Assembly: GCA_030167865.1 (NCBI GenBank)
Contig: JALAGF010006677.1
Location: forward strand, 1-64,000
DNA: 64,000 bases
Direction of reading: 5' to 3'
Source: Craspedostauros australis
Taxonomy: Eukaryota
In this document: in pieces, positions 1 through 12,513 of the stretch
Layout: each line of letters begins with the position of its first letter
How positions within the stretch are numbered: position 1 is the first letter of the stretch
Made by a program: the position numbers and the translations under genes
Notes under the pieces: generated by a model
Seen by the model: only the letters and a program-made list of their open reading frames with translations
Database searches by the model: none
What the model was told of the DNA's origin: nothing

Positions 1-1624
1 GATGATCATGGGTGCTGAAGGTAGGGCAGCATGGTGCCATCGAGAATTTTTCGCACCCACCACCTGACTGACAGCAAGCCAAAATGACATTAAAAATAAA
101 GTTCATACAANNNNNNNNNNNNNNNNNNNNNNNNNNNNNNNNNNNNNNNNNNNNNNNNNNNNNNNNNNNNNNNNNNNNNNNNNNNNNNNNNNNNNNNNNN
201 CATCATAAGCAGTTGTTTGGATGGTTTTGGGTGTGCTCTATTTTAGTCTACTTTATCACGACTCATCACGAGTAAAACTCCACAACTAGTGCTATCGTGA
301 CCCATTTTACATTCTCTGCAGGTCGTATCTTCATTGACACCGGTTGCTACGCTCATGCAATGGGCGGGGTTGTTGACACAGTCACTGCTCGTGCTCTATC
401 AAACCGTGTTCGAACCGTTCTGTGCAGGTAGCCTGATGTTCTATACTGATCTCCAGCACAACTATGGCCAATCGAACACTGGCCTCTACATTGCACACAT
501 GACACATGCTAAAATGCGCGAACATGGCGTGGAAATTCTGCGCGGCGCAGTTGCACATGCTCAGCGATGCGGAAGATCCAAAGAAGAGCGGTGAGAGCAT
601 GGCGAGGTTGAACTCCTCAGTGTGAAACAGTCGACTCTGCTCTATTCTGGACTGTTATTGTGTGCTGCTGCTAACCAAGGGATCATTGCTCTCCCAAGCA
701 GGATGGATGCAACAATACACATGCATCAAAGTTGCTGTTGCCAAGATGGTTGCTGGTGTACGGTATTCTGGAGTAGAACTAAAATGCTATTGCAGAACTT
801 ATCAACCATAATCAACTACAATGCTTTACGATGAACGAAGTCGCGATGGATGATATCAGGATATAAGGAACTGATCATAGTATGTGAAGAACACATCGGT
901 TGGCACCACAATGTTTTGTGATCATTTCCACTGCGTGTTAACACGCGCTGGGGCACACAGAAATTCTCCACGATACATCGCGGTGATTGGCATTCGTGAA
1001 TGGGAACAAAGAGTGCCTGCTCCAGAGAAACGAGCAGATCTCGACAACTACCCATCCAATCGCCGCCAAACTTGGAGAGGGTGATTAAAAGCCACACATG
1101 CGAATGTTCACAAAAGGAGAGCTCAAACAAACGGAGCGGCATGGACTTGCCGAGGAGGTTTGTGGCAGAAAAGGTGGTTTTTGGGCCGCTTCGAGTGGGA
1201 CTGACGTACAAAATGTACCAGCGTCTACGGCGAAATTGACTCATACGACTAGTTACCAATTTTTACCAATGGCTACCAAAAAAATTGGCCTCCACCCAAG
1301 CCAAAAGACACTAGAATGAGCACATTGATCGGTCCATAAAACTTAACATCAACTTTACTAAGCACTGAAAAGGTTACCTGTATATAAAGAGACTACAAGT
1401 ATTACGAATATGTGATTATTTTGGAAATCCGAGAAAGATGCTTAGACTCTTCATTTCAAACGATTGGCCGACTCGCTGATCGGGCTCATTAATGAACGAT
1501 ATAGTATATTATTTTACATTATGGAAAGGCCAGACCACGATGTGATCGCAGTGGAGCCAACTAGTCACCTCTACCAAAGTGTGCAGGTACACGCAGATCT
1601 CAGCATGTGCCAAGGGATCATCGA

Positions 1625-4600
1625 TCAAATATCCGCACTTTCAATACTGTAGTCCGAGGCATATCCTTCGATGCCATCACCACGAGCCAGAGTCTCTGGA
1701 AGTCCACGGTTGGAACTGGGACTGGTGTGCCTGTTGGTGGTGTTGCTGAGGGGACCGCGGCTGTTGCCAGTTCCAGCTGCGCTGAATTTGACGACGCTCT
1801 TCGGCAGCGTTCGCGATGCTGCCCTGGCCGCTGCTGCATATCTGCTTGTATTCTTGGCTGACTTACTCTTGGTTTCAGGGCGCGTGCTCATTGGCGTTTC
1901 TTTGTCAAAGGCATCCATCCTGTGTGGAAGGCGAGTGCCTTTCAGACGATTTAACATTGCCAACTCATTCTCAGCGTACCTTGGTTGTGGCTCTTGTGGT
2001 TCTTGTTTTGGGACCAGTCGTGCTGTTGAGGTTGAAGATAGGGTTGAGCGAGATTGATCCGGTGGCGCATTTGCTTGTGGCTTTGCGCGTTTGTTTGCAC
2101 GCTTGTTTACTCGTTGCTTGGCCCGTGACTTGGCCCGTGGCTTGGCCCGCGGCTTGGCCGGCATCTTCCGGTCATCGTCTGGGCTGACAGCACGAGCACG
2201 AACAGGAGCGGCGGTAGGGGCACGTTTTAGCTCTTGGCTTTCCCAAGCATGTGGGCCATCTCTTGATTTAGGCATGGCGGCGGCGGCGGTAGGAGCACGT
2301 TTGAGCTCTTGACTTTCCCAAGCATGTGAGCCATCTCTTGAATTAGGCATGGCAGCAGCAGCTGGTGGCGTATCAGCTCGTGGCAAGTTGTCTGAGTCCC
2401 AGCCATCTGAATCCGAGTCCGCCAGGCACGCATCGCCCGACCAGGCGTAATCGTAGTCGTATCCGGGGTAAGTTCGCTGCTTAAACACCTTTTGCAACGG
2501 CTTCAGGAGGCGCGTAACGACAGGCACAGAAAAGGCCTGGAGATTGCAGTTGCAACAAAAAAACGATTCAACAGCACGTGGCAAAGGAGAACGAAGAAAT
2601 GATGAGGGCACCAGAAGCGATGGATCAAGTTCGATTCAAACCATGTCAAGGCACAATGAATGACGCTGCAGCACAACCCGTGGTAACATCATCTACTCTT
2701 TGTCAGCACGTCACTTACATTCCCGATGAGATGTTTCGCGTATTGGCTCTTACTGAAGTAGGAGACTGTCTTGTTGCCGTACGGCAGCGGCGCCGCCATC
2801 TCCATCCATACCTCCATCTTCTTCATATCGAACCAAAACCGGTAAGCGCAGCTGCAGTTCTTTGGCAATCGCGTGTACCGACCTGCAAAGCAGTGGTACT
2901 TCTCGGGCAAGGCAAGTCGCCAATGATCGAATCGGGCTCCCGGTTCTGTGTTCGTGTAAACTTTCTCCAGTCCATGCTTCAAGAGATTATGAAATAACTC
3001 ATTGACTGTGAAGCCGACGGAGGAATGGATGGGGTGGGAAGGAACAGTGGTTAGAATTGGGTGGCTGCAACGGCAGCGAACTTGCAATATGATTTGATCT
3101 TGGTAGAATGGGATAGGAGAAGAAGAGCAAGAATAGGACATGACATTACGCTGCATAACACAGCATGACTACCGTACTCACCTGCTGTCCCCGTGTACCC
3201 TTCCGGGAATCCCATCATTCGTTCTCGCTCCAAAACAGTGAAGGGACGGATTTGGTATTTCCATTTGTGCGATTTTGGTGTGCCTGGAGGACGTGCCCCG
3301 TTTTTGCCGTAGTAAAACGCATACATCCGAAGTGTGTGATGTTGGTCGAGCCTGGACATGCTGGCCATGAAGCATGATGACTGGATTGGTGTTGCAATTG
3401 CATGTATGTCGATCATCGTCGCAGAGTGGGACGAAAAAGAAGGAAGAGGAGGACGACGACAATGATGATGATGCAAACACGTGCAAGAGGTATCCATGAG
3501 AACCAATGGGCATGTACAATGTTGCGACAACCAACCATCACATCAAGCGAATGTGATTCCAACCCCATCCCATTCCATCTCATACTATCATATCTCATTT
3601 CATACCATCCCGCAGTGCGTCCACAGATCGCTTCCTTTCAACGTCATTCACCTGCTCACCTTCTCCATATGTGTTGCGCTGAGGAGATCCAAGCTTTGTG
3701 TGGAAAGTTGTTTGGCAGACTTCTTGTTGCGCTTGATTATGTTGCGGAGGAGCTCAACGACGGTGTGGTAGTTCTCTTCCAAGCACGAATTTGGAGATAG
3801 CAGCACCTCCTTTCCGTCGTATTTGACGCTCTCGCCTGCAGGAAAGTTCATGATGAAGTCGCGGTCACGACTTGTGGGTGAGACGTAGAGGGCATCGAAA
3901 TCGATCGGGTCCCAGTCGAAGCCGAAGGATTTCATCACCTTGTCTCGGTCCTTCGGGTTGAGATGGACATTTTCCGCCAGAAAGTAGAGCGGACGGAGAG
4001 ATGTGAGGGTGCGTTTGTAGTCTTCCGGCATTGGGTGGTCTGCCTCCTGGAGTTTCTTCCAGCGCCGAACCACGGATGCGAATGACGTCAAGTAACTACC
4101 TTGTTTGCCTTCGACCCCCTGTGCAGTTGCATTGACGCCCGAATAATCAGAACACGGAGGACCTCCAATCACCAAGTCGAATGCTGCGTGTTCGTACCAC
4201 GGACCGTGATGGTCGATCGATGGTGTGGAAGTACCGTCAGCACGCGCAGTATCGTTTGCATATGGATTGAGACAGTATCAGACGAGGAAGCAAGAGAGAG
4301 AGAGAGAGATGAAAGAGAACGAGTGAGAGATGCCGCTTCATCACGAAGGATGAATGGATATGATGGTGCCTGCTATGGTTCCAATTGGTCATTGAAGTGC
4401 AGCTCCATCCATCTGGATGTCACCCAGCACACGTACGGCCATGCTCTCTGAAGAATGCTGTGATCTTGTCGATACGCTCTGCTTCGCTTATGCCATCTTC
4501 GCCAACCACGTCCTCCCATTGTTTGATGTACACATGCTCTATTTCATCGCCGTCGCTGTTGCTGGATGTCGCCAATTCTGGATTGTACTTGGCATCATGC

Positions 4601-5418
4601 TGATGTCGATACACATGCGTAGCGACCTGATCATGTTCGATATGAATGATCTTTTCAATATCAATTCCCAACCGTTTGAGGCAGACGATCGAAGTGCCCA
4701 CTCCTGCGAATGCATCGACAACGGTGATGCGGCGCTTGTCGATCTTGTTCTGCTTGACGTTCTTGACATGTCGTTTGAAGGGTCGTACGATGGTGTGGCG
4801 ATATTTTTCGCTGGTAAAGAGCATGCCCGCCGAGTGGGCTTTGCCGCAGGAGTTGTTGACCTGCGCTTCCTTCGTGCACATGTCGGAATATCTGCCAGTA
4901 ACCTCCCGGAATGTGACCCACTCCGACGGTGGATCCTCAGACTTCTGCAAGCTTTTGACATCGATACCCGTGGTCGCGACAGTCTCGTATGGTCCCGCGT
5001 AGGTATCACCTGGGTTCTCGATGCGATGGCAGCAGTGGCGGTGGTAGACCATGTTGTCGCCGCTCGACGTGATTTCATCACCGTACCTATCAACGTCTTC
5101 TTGATCGCATTTGCAAACCGCACAACAAAAGCCAAGTGTTTCGTTGATGGCTTGGTCGTGGTATGCGCCATTGTCATCCTGCGATTGGCGTCGTTGATTC
5201 GCTTCGCCGGCGGACGATGCGTTGTTGGTGATGCTCAGTGCTCTCTTGCTCAAAGGAACACAATTCTCCGCGTTGAGCCTTCGCCGTCTCGCCGCGCGGC
5301 TTTTGGGCGCGTCCCACTCAGAGGGCGGTGGTGGATTCTTCCGGAGCCTCTGGAGCTTGTTCACCTGCTTTCGGAACACCTTCTGGGTGTCTGCTTTTGG
5401 AGCCTTGTCCCTTGCCAT
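1625..5418 (-). CDS. DNMT3: DNMT3-type C5 cytosine DNA methyltransferase, 5 exons (5418-4437, 4183-3660, 3380-3182, 3005-2719, 2536-1625)
   Basis: GT-AG splicing joins the motifs in frame: I (VDAFAGVG), II (IHIEHD), IV (HGPFDLVIGGPPC, vs DNMT3 WGPFDLVIGGSPC), VI (FLAENV), VIII (SPTSRDR), IX (ERERMMGFPEGYT) and X (HLIGNAFSVPVV). All four introns have GT donors and CAG acceptors that keep the frame. Confidence 0.9.
2075..2365 (-). repeat. Coding tandem repeats in the DNMT3 C-terminal tail (2 x 75 bp; about 7 degenerate 12-bp units)
   Basis: AAAAMP(N/K)SRDG(S/P)HAWESQELKRAPT occurs twice. It is followed by AKPR-AKPR-AKSR-AKQR-VNKR-ANKR-AKPQ. Confidence 0.85.
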
Positions 5419-5720
5419 GGCGCAATTACTGCTGCTATTGCCGCTATTGCCGTTGCTCTTGTTGTTGACGCGCTACGCCTTGATATGCTTGCACTCTTAT
5501 GGTCAGAGTGACGGCAACTGTGCTGGTCTGGAGTATTATACTTCACTCTCCTCGTACTTGCATGAGTATGGTGGCTCGTATTGTGCTTGCAAGGCCGGGT
5601 GTCGTGTTTTATGAGATCTCACACGGTTTCTCGCCGGCATCGCGAGAGTTCCGTCCTGAAAACTTGTGTCTGTTTCGATTGCTTCCGTTCGTTGCGTTCC
5701 ATCGTTTTCGACGAAACGAC

Positions 5721-5752
5721 TTTCGCGCGAAACCCGGCACTCGTTTTCGCGC
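5721..5752. promoter_or_regulatory. Candidate E2F sites in the divergent DNMT3/glycosyltransferase promoter
   Basis: Palindrome TTTCGCGCGAAA (5721-5732) and TTTCGCGC (5745-5752) match the E2F consensus TTTSSCGC. Confidence 0.5.
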
Positions 5753-5984
5753 CATTCGAATCCCATCAACGGTTCAATTCGCGAATAGACTTGTTGGACT
5801 CAAACAACGAAACGAGGAAAAATGAAAGTCACAAGACCACAGAAACCACAACAACAGATGTCCAACACACACAGACTCTCGCACAGTCATTGGTGATGCC
5901 CGGAGAGCAGGAGATGCAGACACACATACCATACCATACCAGACCAACTACTTGTACCATACGAGCTACGACTGCAATACCTGA

Positions 5985-7786
5985 ATGGCAGCACCAGGAG
6001 CACTTCGAAGCGTGCACGGCGCGAAAGGGACGACGATGAACACGCGCAGAAAGCCCAAAGGGAGGAGCCTGATGCTGGTTCTGGTGTGGTGCATCGTCGG
6101 CATGTCCGCGGTCACATTGCTCTACTCCGTCCACTCCATCTCTGCGATTCACGATCAGGCGATGGGGAGTCCCATCCTCTCGGGTGCCCTGGAGCAGTTC
6201 AAGAATCATCAGCAGCAGCAAAGGGATTTGGTGCAGCATGCGCTGCCGATACCGAATCCGACGGAGCTGGCATCGGGACAGGACTCCATCAGCGCCTGTC
6301 TGCTGGTCATGGATGACAACCATCGTCTGGTGGAATGGCTAGCGTACCACTACCACGTCCTGCCTCTGCGGTACCTCATCGTCAGCGTCGACCCGCGATC
6401 GAGAACGAGGCCCACGCACTACCTCAACAAGTACCGTCGTCTCGGCATGACGGTCGAGGAATGGAATGACTTCGACTTCATGCAGGAGAAGCTGGCGCGC
6501 AACCCCATCAACGAGACAGTGCGATTTGAAATCAAGCGGGATCGCCATCGCATGCGCCAAAAGGTCTTCTATCAGCACTGCTTGGCGCGCATGCGCGACA
6601 TGAATCGCACATACACCATGCTCATCGACACGGACGAATTCTTGACCTACAACCACAGGAGCGGCGAAGGGGAGTACGAACAATGGGAACAGCAGCAGAC
6701 GCGCAAATTCGACCAATGGAAGAAGCAGGAGTTTGAATATCATGAGGATCCCTCCGTATTTGACAGGAAACGAATACCTTTATCAAAAGCGCCTCCCAGC
6801 ATCGCGCAACAAGGCCAGCTCATTCATTTCATCCGCCGCGAGAAAGATGCCGGCCATCCCTTCTTTCAAAGTCCATGCATCAGCATCCCGCGGTTGCAAT
6901 TCGGCGCAATCGAATCGACGCAGGAGGAGCGGCAGCATTCGATACCCGACGGCATGGATGCCATGCAGTTTGATACGTTGCGCTTTCGGAAGCATGCCGA
7001 TCGTACGAACTTCGTGCAGAATGGACTGGCAAAGGTCATGATCGATGTATCGCAGGTGCAGCAGAAGGTGTTTTTCGTTCCATCGGTGCATCGGCCCATG
7101 CGTAAGATCTGCAAGCAGCCGTGGAACGACGAATGGGAAAGCGGGTTGCGGATCAATCATTATCTGGGGAGTTGGGAAGGTACGTGCTGCGCATTATGCG
7201 TATGATTACTGTCGCTGCGGGTGGTGGTGGTGACGATGGTGGTGGTGGTGACAGCAGTACGACTGGAACATGGTGTTTGACCGTGCTCTGCAATCGGTGC
7301 CCATTCGAGGGTCTGTGTCCGCAACCGACGCTCTTCGCACATATTTACCCGCTGTTGTAATCATTCTCTCTTTGTCTCTCCACATTCATTCGCCCTTCGT
7401 TCCAAACCACGAATTCATCGTTGGGAAACACTCACACCGCCACCAACATAGCTTATTCGTTTCGCGACGACGCTCGGCGCGGCGGAGAACGCTCCAAGGA
7501 AGGGTGGTCATTCCAGGCCCAGGATGCGGATGATACGGATGACAACATACGGCCGTGGTTCGGAGGCTTCGTCGACACGCACGGCAAGGAGGAAGCTTCG
7601 GAATTGCTCAAAGATGCTGGATTGCCAAAGGACTATCAGAATCCAAATGAAACTGCTTGGACGATCCTCTTCCTCGACGAGATCATGGGCGTCAATGAGA
7701 CCAAGGGCAATGACAATCGCAAGCAATTTGACAACTTCGTCCGTCAGATGCATGGCAAGAACACAGATGGCGACGAGAACGAATAG
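5985..7786 (+). CDS. Type II membrane glycosyltransferase, GT92/DUF23-like (exons 5985 or 6036-7179, 7452-7786)
   Basis: N-terminal TM anchor, SACLLVMDDNHRLVEWLAYHYH, DxD motif IDTDEF, and INHYLGSWE-AYSFRDD across a GT-AG intron (7180-7451). Confidence 0.75.
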
Positions 7787-8192
7787 AAACGCGAATAGCC
7801 CGATTGGATTGGATTGGATTTTGATTCAATTGAGTTCGAACAAGATCACAAGGTCGCTGCAACCTCATGAGAAATTTCGTGCGGTACAACTTGTACGTTG
7901 CCAGACTATGGTACTCAGGCCGCAGAGGTGCTCCTCCGTTGTTGCGACATTCGGGTTTTGCAGTGACTGGTCTTCTGGGGGCTTCTCCGGCTGCAACGAG
8001 ACGCCTGCGGAACTGAGAAGGAAGCAAGCCACCACCGCAGAATCCGCACCATTGCGGGTGGGTTGAGGATACCATGCCGCCATGTCATAAAACGCACAAG
8101 TCGTCAACCAACGAATCAACCAACGAGAATTCCTGACCTCGCCAAACGGTCAGAATCAACTCGACAAGCACCAAAGACAAGCAGTTACGACG

Positions 8193-9233
8193 ATGACGAT
8201 GGAACGCAACACAGCACACGAGGAAACTTTGAAAGATGTCGGCTTCACCATCTTTGAGGAGATCTACGAACTCGGGTTCTTCGGCTGGCAACCGGGTTTT
8301 ATGCCAGGAGACGTGACATTGGACAACCTCAAGAGCGCCAAGCACATCGTGGAATGCGTTGATGAAGACCAAATGCCGCCTGAAATAGTCGAGACAGAAA
8401 AACTCAACGCCAACCTTCCAACCCGGTTCCTCACACTGCCACCGCAAGAGCATGCGAACCGATTCCCCTACAACAAGTTTGATATTGCTTCTTTGTACGT
8501 CGCCAAGGCAAAGCGTGGAGTGGATCTGGATACGGTCGACTTCATGTTCGGAGGGTCCACTCTGGAGTTCTTGGCCAACAAGAAGAATCCCGAAAAGCCC
8601 GGTGCATTCTACGCCGCTGTTCTTGTTCCATCCACCAACATCGTGATGGTCAAGAAGGTGGATGATTACATCCAAAACTACGCGGATCCTGGATTTCAAT
8701 TCAGCCGGTTGGTGACAGGCCGCAGGTTCGAAGACGTCGAATACGTAGACTACATGTTCGAGCACATGCAGACGATTCAGATGGACGGCCACAAGGTCTT
8801 CTTCAAGGGTGAGAGTGATGCCATCCACAAGCCTGATGGTGGAACTTGCGTGCCAGTCGAAACCAAGGCCAACAACCCTTGGTTCTGGGGCACGAAGGTC
8901 ATGTTCCAGCTGATCTCCAACGGGAGCAGCCTCATGATCCATGGTAAGAAAGGCCGTGGTGGATACCTCAATCATGTGAGACCGTACACGCTCAAGGAAA
9001 TGTGCGAGACTTCAACCAAGGACGTGAGCATCTCGAGCCTCGAGCAGAATCTTCGTGATTGTCTGAACACGCTGCGTGATGCGAAGGAGTCGGTCCTTGC
9101 GGATGGCAGTGTGCACGTCATCCACTTCGCGAATAACGAAATGCAATTGAGAAAGTACCAAGGCAAAGATCAAGAGAAGATCGCTCTGTTCCCAAATGAG
9201 GAGGTTTGCAAGGAGCTCTTCGAAAGCGATTGA
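8193..9233 (+). CDS. RAI1/DXO-like PD-(D/E)XK nuclease-fold protein
   Basis: 346-aa single-exon ORF with ordered DXO-like motifs GFQF(S), GESD, VETK and KVMFQ. Confidence 0.55.
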   Translation: MTMERNTAHEETLKDVGFTIFEEIYELGFFGWQPGFMPGDVTLDNLKSAKHIVECVDEDQMPPEIVETEKLNANLPTRFLTLPPQEHANRFPYNKFDIASLYVAKAKRGVDLDTVDFMFGGSTLEFLANKKNPEKPGAFYAAVLVPSTNIVMVKKVDDYIQNYADPGFQFSRLVTGRRFEDVEYVDYMFEHMQTIQMDGHKVFFKGESDAIHKPDGGTCVPVETKANNPWFWGTKVMFQLISNGSSLMIHGKKGRGGYLNHVRPYTLKEMCETSTKDVSISSLEQNLRDCLNTLRDAKESVLADGSVHVIHFANNEMQLRKYQGKDQEKIALFPNEEVCKELFESD

Positions 9234-9580
9234 ACTGGATGGATAGGAACAACAATGTTGGCATAATACTCGTAGTAGATACAAGATGAAGACCAGAGTA
9301 TAGCGAGGACCAGGTTGGGATCCAACAAATGCAGTATCGAATGCATTCTAGTGCGTGATGATGTTCTCCACAACATGTTGCTTCGAGTATTCGATTCCAC
9401 TTATGTAGCCATTGAATTGGAATACTCCACTATGCAATCGCATGTTTGCGAGGGTGCTCCATGTAGAGTGTCGTCCTCGATCACTTTTCGAAGCTTTCGG
9501 CTCTGTTATGAATGCTGCTCCAACACCATGGCAATTGGGCAGAGTCGCTGTGTTCTCATTCGCTCGCCCACGCTTCCAAT

Positions 9581-12073
9581 TCACAGCTCGTTGTACGTAT
9601 TCGCATTCGCGTCCTCCTCTTCCACTTGCTGTCCCATGCCTTCAGTCGCATTCTGCAACCCCAACGTCAACTTTTCAATATCGATCAACCGGTGTTTGAT
9701 GTCATCCGCGGCAGGATCGTCTCCCTTGGATTCCTTCCACGGGTCCACACCAAACATCCCCGCCAGATCTTCAATTCCCTGCACGTACGGATTCACACCG
9801 GCGCCGTACAGCTTGCGGTACAGTTCCAGCCCCTCCCTGTGCAAGCGCTCGCTGTCCTGAAATCTACGGCCGTGAAAGTATGCGATGGACAAATTCATTT
9901 TCACATCCGCCAGAGCTCGCTCGGTCGCAGCATCCTTGTCCTGTATTGTGGCATATAAGTCGATCGACTGGTGGAATTGGGAGACCGCGAGGCCGATGTC
10001 ACCCATTTGCAAGTACGTCTCGCCAATCGCGGCGTGCAAATCGGCCTCGTAGGCGTCATCCGCAGGCCCATTGTATGCGGTGTAGGAGTATTCGTTTTCG
10101 TTGAGGGTGCCTTGGTAGATGGGGTCTTGCGGGACGGATGTGGTCACGGGGTCTCCGCCCTCCTTGACGACGCGGTTGTACTCTTGCAAGGCGGCCTGAT
10201 AAGACTGCAACATCTCGGCGTAATCCGCGTTGCCCGGCATCATGGGTGCGATTGGCACGTTGTGTGCTTCGTACCACCGCATCGTCTGCTGGTAGTATTC
10301 GTGGGCGTCATCGTACTTGCCGCATTGAACGTACAGATCGGCCAACGAGAGGAGGGTGTCGGCGATTGTGATGCGGGCGTGGTCCAGTTCGTCGGAGAAG
10401 GCTGGCAGCAGAACACGCAGATCGGTCTCGAAGAGTTTGATGACTTTGTGAAATCGGTGGATCGCTAGGTCATGCTGCTGCCGTCGTGTGGCGATCCCTG
10501 CCGCAGTCTGCATGGCCGTGAAGTGATTCATGACTGCGGTGAGCGCCTCCTCGTCGGCAATGTAGTTGCCGCGCGAATTCTGTCTGTGCCACTGCTGTTG
10601 CAAACGTTTGGCGCTGGGAGATTCGTACACCTCGATTGCGCCGGATATCAGCGTTTCGGCTCCCTCCAATTTCTTCTCGATGGCGTTGTTTGTCATGTAA
10701 TTTTCGTTGCCGTTTCCGCCAGGACGCATCGAGGACATGATGTCATCGAACATCTTGTTGTTGCTGTTGCCGTTGCCATTGTGTTGTTGAAAGCCGACAT
10801 CTTCCTCAAACGGTTGCATATCGATTTCCTGCAGCTGCAGCGTCGCCAGTCGCTGAGATACATCCGCCCAACTCAGATGCACGTCGTCGTAGAGGTCGGT
10901 GAATCGTGGTTGCCTCCGCACCTTATCCCATCCATTCCACGCTTTTTGGAAGTGGTCCGTCATGGTCTGTATCGTCTCGTCATCCGGAGTCGGATGCAGC
11001 ATGTAGGCCTCGCCCATTTGATGTTGGACGGATGCAGTGAATAATTCCGTCTCCTGCTGAATCTGCCGCCTCCATGCCAACGAAGGAGATGATGATGACA
11101 CGGATGACGACGTGGATGGTGATGTGGTCGACGGGGGTGGCAAGTGCTCCGCAAATTGAGCCATGGTATCCATCGCTTGACGGAAGGCATTGAGCGCCAG
11201 CGCCATCTGATACCAGTTGACTTCAATGTCGGACGATGTCGCAGTGTCGAAATGCGCCATGCCAAGCTCCATGTGCCAATTGGCCCACAGGACATGATCG
11301 CCGTACTCCAGTTCATACTTGTGACGCTGGGTCGGGTGGCCGGTTTGATGATGTCGCCATATATCAAATGTGGGTTGGTGGGACAATGCACCAGCTACGA
11401 GCTGACCGTATTGAGCAAACGGAGGTCGGTAAGTAGCATCCAGCACCATGATGGATCCATCGTCGCTTCGCTCTTGTCGAGGTCTTGGCTTGATGGTGAT
11501 TTGCGAAACGGTCTTGACGGCTGCTTCCACGCACACCTTCTCCCTTGCTCCACTGGCTTCGTCAGTAGTTTGCGGAAGACAGGCTTGCAGGTTGGCGGCG
11601 GCAACACTGTCAGCCGTCTCATGTCCATCAGAAGTCTGCTGGCTGTGCATTGATTGGACCGTGAAGCTGCAATAAATCGATCCATCATGATTGCGCTGGC
11701 ATGACATGTTATCATCGTTGGTGCCAGTGCGGCTCCTTGTGTCTTCGCTGTGATCTTTCGATGGAGCGCCATGCACTGGCTCAACCACACCTGCCATCAC
11801 CAGAAATGACACCAGCAACATGAACGTGAACATCGTCGGCGCGCTCTTGCTGGAGCAACGGCTGTGATCTGTCTGCCTGTTCTTGTGGGTGCGCCTTCGA
11901 GTGTTCCGCTTTGCGTGAACATCATGATGAATGGAGCGGCCATCGTCAACGTTCATGTTTGCAAATTCGAGAGTGACGGAGTCTGGAGACGAAGATGACA
12001 GGTCTCGCTGCCGCCGTCTCGTCCTTCGTCGTTGCTGCCGCCACGGTTGTTGATGCGGATGTGTCGATGTCAT
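9581..12073 (-). CDS. Secretory-pathway TPR-like helical repeat protein; the true start may be the ATG at 11833
   Basis: Hydrophobic signal MFTFMLLVSFLVMAGVVEPVHG, TPR-like repeats (LADLYVQCGKYDDAHEYYQQ; IGETYLQMGDIGLAVSQFHQSIDLY) and C-terminal YNEL. Confidence 0.7.
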   Translation of the reverse strand: MTSTHPHQQPWRQQRRRTRRRQRDLSSSSPDSVTLEFANMNVDDGRSIHHDVHAKRNTRRRTHKNRQTDHSRCSSKSAPTMFTFMLLVSFLVMAGVVEPVHGAPSKDHSEDTRSRTGTNDDNMSCQRNHDGSIYCSFTVQSMHSQQTSDGHETADSVAAANLQACLPQTTDEASGAREKVCVEAAVKTVSQITIKPRPRQERSDDGSIMVLDATYRPPFAQYGQLVAGALSHQPTFDIWRHHQTGHPTQRHKYELEYGDHVLWANWHMELGMAHFDTATSSDIEVNWYQMALALNAFRQAMDTMAQFAEHLPPPSTTSPSTSSSVSSSSPSLAWRRQIQQETELFTASVQHQMGEAYMLHPTPDDETIQTMTDHFQKAWNGWDKVRRQPRFTDLYDDVHLSWADVSQRLATLQLQEIDMQPFEEDVGFQQHNGNGNSNNKMFDDIMSSMRPGGNGNENYMTNNAIEKKLEGAETLISGAIEVYESPSAKRLQQQWHRQNSRGNYIADEEALTAVMNHFTAMQTAAGIATRRQQHDLAIHRFHKVIKLFETDLRVLLPAFSDELDHARITIADTLLSLADLYVQCGKYDDAHEYYQQTMRWYEAHNVPIAPMMPGNADYAEMLQSYQAALQEYNRVVKEGGDPVTTSVPQDPIYQGTLNENEYSYTAYNGPADDAYEADLHAAIGETYLQMGDIGLAVSQFHQSIDLYATIQDKDAATERALADVKMNLSIAYFHGRRFQDSERLHREGLELYRKLYGAGVNPYVQGIEDLAGMFGVDPWKESKGDDPAADDIKHRLIDIEKLTLGLQNATEGMGQQVEEEDANANTYNEL

Positions 12074-12345
12074 TGCGGTTGCGCTATTGATGCCTATTGA
12101 TAGCTACTGATGGCTATTGATGGTGGGGAGGACAGGAGTCGACGATGATAATGATGATGATGATGATGATGATGCAACTCCTGACTGTGAAAGTAGGATT
12201 GTCATGTGATCTGATGATGCAACTCCTGACTGTCTGTTGGCCTCAGCTCTCGGATGAACGAGGAGGGACGGTCATTGTTGTGGAAACACGATCCGAGTGC
12301 GTGTGCAACGCACAGCTTCATCGACGCATTCAAACGCATTGGAGC

Positions 12346-12513
12346 AAGCAGATTCGGACGTTATTACCGGTTATTGGAGCGTTAGACTGGGCACTTGCAG
12401 CTGAATCGTACGCAGCAGAGTAGAGACCACATGAGAGGTAATTGGCTCGTGCCTTGAGCTCATAATCCGTTGTTTACTTCCAATTCCATGCCTTTTCCCA
12501 GCAGGAGAGTTTG
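12346..12513 (+). repeat. 5' LTR (168 bp; boundary ambiguous by 1 nt)
   Basis: Identical to 18951-19118 except for one N at 18981. Confidence 0.95.

Noticed and set aside
1..1500. AT-richer region with short ORFs and a weak repeat (AAGCCAAAA at about 75 and 1298); possible transposon relic
   Set aside because: No recognisable protein motif, TIR or TSD, and it is interrupted by a gap.
12167..12233. 22-bp direct repeat TGATGATGCAACTCCTGACTGT near the 5' LTR
   Set aside because: It lies outside the TSD and next to an ATG microsatellite, so it is likely slippage-derived.
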